A program made the translations under genes and the position numbers. This document shows, in pieces, positions 55,661-59,464 of a stretch of DNA of 59,464 nucleotides; positions within the stretch are counted from its first letter, which is position 1, and every line of letters starts with the position of its first letter. The notes beneath the pieces are model-generated. The model was not told the DNA's origin, did no database searches, and saw only the letters and a program-made list of their open reading frames with translations. This stretch comes from an uncultured Myxococcales bacterium. Its GTDB lineage: Bacteria; Myxococcota_A; Polyangia; Fen-1088. The DNA lies in assembly GCA_964491625.1 (NCBI GenBank), contig CAZBIU010000001.1, forward strand, positions 1-59,464. The letters run 5' to 3'.

Positions 55661-57796
55661 TTATCCTTCGTCGGCAGCGCGGACGCGGCGCCAGCGCACG
55701 GACAAGAGCGATTCTGCCAGCAAGATCAGGATCATGAGCGCGGACAGCGCGTGCCACAGCTCGACCCGATGCTTGGGGGGCTTGCCACCGACGCGCGCCA
55801 CGGCGATTCGATCGGGGCGCTTGTCCGGGGCCAGCCGGGTCGGGTCGGACTCGCGCGGATCGAGATTAACGGCGAAATCTTGCGCGCCGTCGGCGGCGAA
55901 GGCCCCGTCCGGGCCAGCGGCGCGCACGCGGTAAAGGCCAATCTGGTCGGTGCCGGCGTAGGCGATGCTGTGCGAGCCTTTCCCCGGGTCGCGCTCGCCG
56001 ATCCACACCGACCCGTCGGGACGTGTGACTTCGAGGGCCTGCGCATCGCCGGTGAAGGTGAGCAAGCGCGGCTCGCCCACCAGCAGGGTCGCCGAGCTGT
56101 CGTCGTCGGCCGCCCCGACTAGGTGGCGAAGCGATTCACGCACGAGCGGCAAGAACCCGGTGCGGATGGGCAGGTCGGTCCATTCCCGATCCACTGTGGT
56201 GGTCAGCAGCATCACCCTGCCCTTGCCGACCTCGCGCTCGACCAGTGCCGGCGCGCCGCTTTCGTAGCGCAAAATCACCGAGCGCGTAGCGGTGTCGCGC
56301 ACCGGATCGAGCAGCATGTACTTGAAGAAGCGCGCCGACACCAGGCCTTCGCCCTGCTCTGGAAACACCGACAGCAAGGGACTGCGCCGATCCAGCGGCA
56401 GCAAGCGTTCGGCCGGGCGATCGTCGACGGTTTCGCCGGCGCGCTGGCCGGGCAGCGCTGCTGCCGTGCGCACCAGACCAAGCGGCCCGGGCAGAAGCTT
56501 CGCCATGCGTTCGTTCCAGGTCGACGTGTCCACCCGGTCGCCCACCGAAATGAAGAGCCCGCCGCCGCCCGCGACGAAATGTTCCAGCGCCGAGGCCAGC
56601 GCCTGCGAGGGTGCGGCCACGTTCAAGAGCGCAACCACCGTGTAGGCCGACACACTGTCCGGAGAAACGTCGTCGGTGAGCTTGCTGGCGAACACCGCCC
56701 CCGGGGCGCCGTTGCGAACCGCGGCCTCGAAGAAGAATGCCTCGTCCTCGCTGCGGGTCGCGCGTGGGTCGCCGTTGACCACCAGCACGCGCAAGGTCCG
56801 TCCCATCTCAAAGTGGATCTGTCGGCGGTCGTCGAGGGCAAAGGCGTCCCCGTCGATCTCGACCGTCAAGTTGTGCGCCGCCCTGCCGCCCGCGGGCAGG
56901 CTGTGTAGGAACCGCTTGCGGGCGTGACCGCCGGGCGGCAGCTCGACCGTCCCTTGCGCGACCGCGCTGCCGTCGACCCGCAGGGTAACCCCGAGCGCAG
57001 GGCGCCCCTTTTGTGAATAGTCGGCAATCTCGGCCGTCACCGCGATCTCGCCGGCACCGGATTCGGCCGACGGCTCTACCCGCGCCTCGATGACGGCGCG
57101 GTTGTCCCAGGCGGCCCCGGAGGTGACGTCGTCGACGATGATCTCGGGCGGATTTTCCGTCGGCAGTCCCGCGCCGTCTTCCCATCCGGTCGCCTGCAGG
57201 TCGGTGAAAAGGTAGATGCGGCGGTGGGGCTTGCTGCTGGCGGCGAGGATTAAGCTGGCCTGGCGCATGGCCGCGGTGAAGTCGGCGGGCTTGGCCGAGC
57301 AAGTGGTGCGTTCGATGGCCTCGATGACTCGCACGCGATCCGGTTCGAGCTCGGCGATGCGGGGCACCGAATTGACCGACGTGACCAGGAAGGCCAGCTC
57401 GGAATCGGACGGGAACTGGCGCGAGAGGCCCAAGGCGCGGCCCTTGGCGCGAGAGAACAAGCTGCCCACGCCGGCCGAGCGCTGCATGCTGGCCGAATCG
57501 TCGAGAATCAGCACGGCGGCCTGCGAGTCCAAGGTGACGACCGGCAGATCGGTCGTCTCTTCGGAAAAGGGCCGCGCCAAGATGAACGGCAGGCTCGCAG
57601 CAACGGCGGTGCGCGCCACCAGCAGTAGGATCTCGCGCAAGCGCCGCCGGGCGTGAATCCGGCGTTCGGAGCGCAATAGAAGCTGCATCGCCGCGAAGCG
57701 AACCGGCACCGCGCGCCGCTTGCCGATGCGATGAATGAGATACGGCAAGCCGGCCGCGAGAAGTCCAAGCAGGATCGCTGGAGCAACGAAATGCAT
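55661..57796 (-). CDS. BatA-type N-terminal double-TM / vWA-domain membrane protein
   Basis: Internal ATG 57796 gives MHFVAPAILLGLLAAGLPYLIHRI. MIDAS motif LILDDSASM. C-terminal TM helix LWHALSALMILILLAESLL. Downstream of the MoxR and DUF58 genes. Confidence 0.7.
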   Translation of the reverse strand: MHFVAPAILLGLLAAGLPYLIHRIGKRRAVPVRFAAMQLLLRSERRIHARRRLREILLLVARTAVAASLPFILARPFSEETTDLPVVTLDSQAAVLILDDSASMQRSAGVGSLFSRAKGRALGLSRQFPSDSELAFLVTSVNSVPRIAELEPDRVRVIEAIERTTCSAKPADFTAAMRQASLILAASSKPHRRIYLFTDLQATGWEDGAGLPTENPPEIIVDDVTSGAAWDNRAVIEARVEPSAESGAGEIAVTAEIADYSQKGRPALGVTLRVDGSAVAQGTVELPPGGHARKRFLHSLPAGGRAAHNLTVEIDGDAFALDDRRQIHFEMGRTLRVLVVNGDPRATRSEDEAFFFEAAVRNGAPGAVFASKLTDDVSPDSVSAYTVVALLNVAAPSQALASALEHFVAGGGGLFISVGDRVDTSTWNERMAKLLPGPLGLVRTAAALPGQRAGETVDDRPAERLLPLDRRSPLLSVFPEQGEGLVSARFFKYMLLDPVRDTATRSVILRYESGAPALVEREVGKGRVMLLTTTVDREWTDLPIRTGFLPLVRESLRHLVGAADDDSSATLLVGEPRLLTFTGDAQALEVTRPDGSVWIGERDPGKGSHSIAYAGTDQIGLYRVRAAGPDGAFAADGAQDFAVNLDPRESDPTRLAPDKRPDRIAVARVGGKPPKHRVELWHALSALMILILLAESLLSVRWRRVRAADEG

Positions 57797-57798
57797 GG

Positions 57799-58751
57799 TC
57801 AACGTCTCGCCGGGCTCTGCCGTTCGGCGAGAAAATTGCGCAGCACCTCCGCCGGAGGCTGGTCGGTGCTGGCGAAGCGGTATTCGATCTGCGCTTCCAG
57901 GCAAGCCGCACGCCACCGTGCGCGAAGCGCCTCCGATTCCTCGCCGAACGCCTGTGCCAGGTCGCGTGCCTCTGCCAGCAGGGTGCGCGAATCGCCGGGC
58001 TCCATGCCTTCGAAGTGAATCAGCTCCTCGAACGGCAGGTTGACCTCGTCGGGATCGAGAATGTGGAAGAGCACCACATCGTGGCCCCGCGCGCGCAACT
58101 GGCGCAGGCGTTCGGCCATGACGCCGGCGGCGGCGTTGCCGGTGACTGCGGGCTCGACGTCGAGCAGGTCGGAGAACACCACGACCAGGCTGCGCTTGTC
58201 ACAGATCTCGATCGCCGTTTCGAACCCGCGCGCAGGGTCGGTCTTGCCCGAGGCAGAAAGCCCCTCCAGCGCCAGCAAGACCTCGCGAATCTGCCCCGCC
58301 CGCGTCGACGGCGGCAGCAGGGCGCGGGTTTCGCTGTCGAAAGCGAGCACGCCAGCGGCGTCGTGTTGCTGACCGACCAGATAGGCGAGCGCGGCGCCGA
58401 GGTAGCTCGCGAATTCCAGCTTGCTCACCGAGGTCCGCTGGTAGGCCATCGAGGCCGAGCTGTCGAAGATGAGCAGCATCCGCATCTCGGTCTCGTCCTC
58501 GAAACGCTTGACCGTGTAGCGGTCGGTGCGCGCCACCGCCTTCCAGTCGATGCGCCGGACGTCGTCACCGGGCGCGTATTCCTTATGCTCTGTGAATTCC
58601 AGCGACGCGCCCGGGTGCAGGTTTCGGTGCATGCCGGATAGCGCACCCTCGACGATGGTTCGCGCGCGCACGGCCAGCGACCCGAGCTTGGCCAGCTCCA
58701 CCGGAGCAAGCAGCCCCAGGTGGAAAGTCGGCGCGTCGGGAGGGCTTCCGT

Positions 58752-58755
<4 letters not shown>
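57799..58755 (-). CDS. DUF58-family protein (vWA-like, MoxR partner)
   Basis: GTG 58755 overlaps the MoxR stop (GTGA). Signature [36 protein letters not shown], plus [10 protein letters not shown]. Confidence 0.8.

Positions 58756-59464
<709 letters not shown>

Overview
Very GC-rich bacterial chromosomal segment (about 70% G+C in hand-counted samples), densely coding on both strands. The content suggests a Sorangiineae-type myxobacterium, by inference only: a myxobacterial Cys-rich repeat protein, several ECF sigma factors, a sigma-54 activator, many lipoproteins with long Gly/Ser/Thr linkers, and secreted polysaccharide-active enzymes. I support 50 CDS, 3 pseudogene fragments, 2 tandem repeats, 1 sigma-54 promoter and 1 weak terminator. 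I saw no rRNA, tRNA, CRISPR array, transposase or integrase. Layout: (1) 0-22.6 kb holds three paralogous four-gene cassettes: ECF sigma, translationally coupled single-pass TPR-like anti-sigma, secreted two-Cys-domain plus beta-barrel-like protein, and Gly-linker lipoprotein. Between them lie CAZyme-like lipoproteins (GH12-like, SGNH esterase), a sigma-54 activator divergent from a sigma-54-promoted M20 peptidase / ackA / degenerate ackA-paralogue operon, a low-GC single-gene TIR-domain island, and xthA. (2) 22.6-33 kb: SLOG-like protein, Ig-repeat lipoprotein, 2OG oxygenase, an OMP-like gene broken by an in-frame TGA, CPBP protease plus alpha/beta hydrolase, and a vWA lipoprotein. (3) 33-38.8 kb: MFP-RND-TolC efflux operon. 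(4) 38.9-40.6 kb: head-to-head 5'-truncated sulfatase and anaerobic sulfatase maturase remnants, read as a deletion scar. (5) 40.6-59.5 kb: membrane-anchored OtsA, minimal nucleotidyltransferase pair, aminotransferase, SLT/M23 murein hydrolase, ABC1 kinase, RelA/SpoT-like protein, two response regulators, a second SGNH lipoprotein, ychF, a GH43-like lipoprotein and a MoxR-DUF58-BatA/vWA operon. The best candidate for an undescribed system is the thrice-repeated ECF cassette. The TIR island is the best candidate for an acquired conflict or defence function. All functional calls come from motif recognition by eye, not from database searches.
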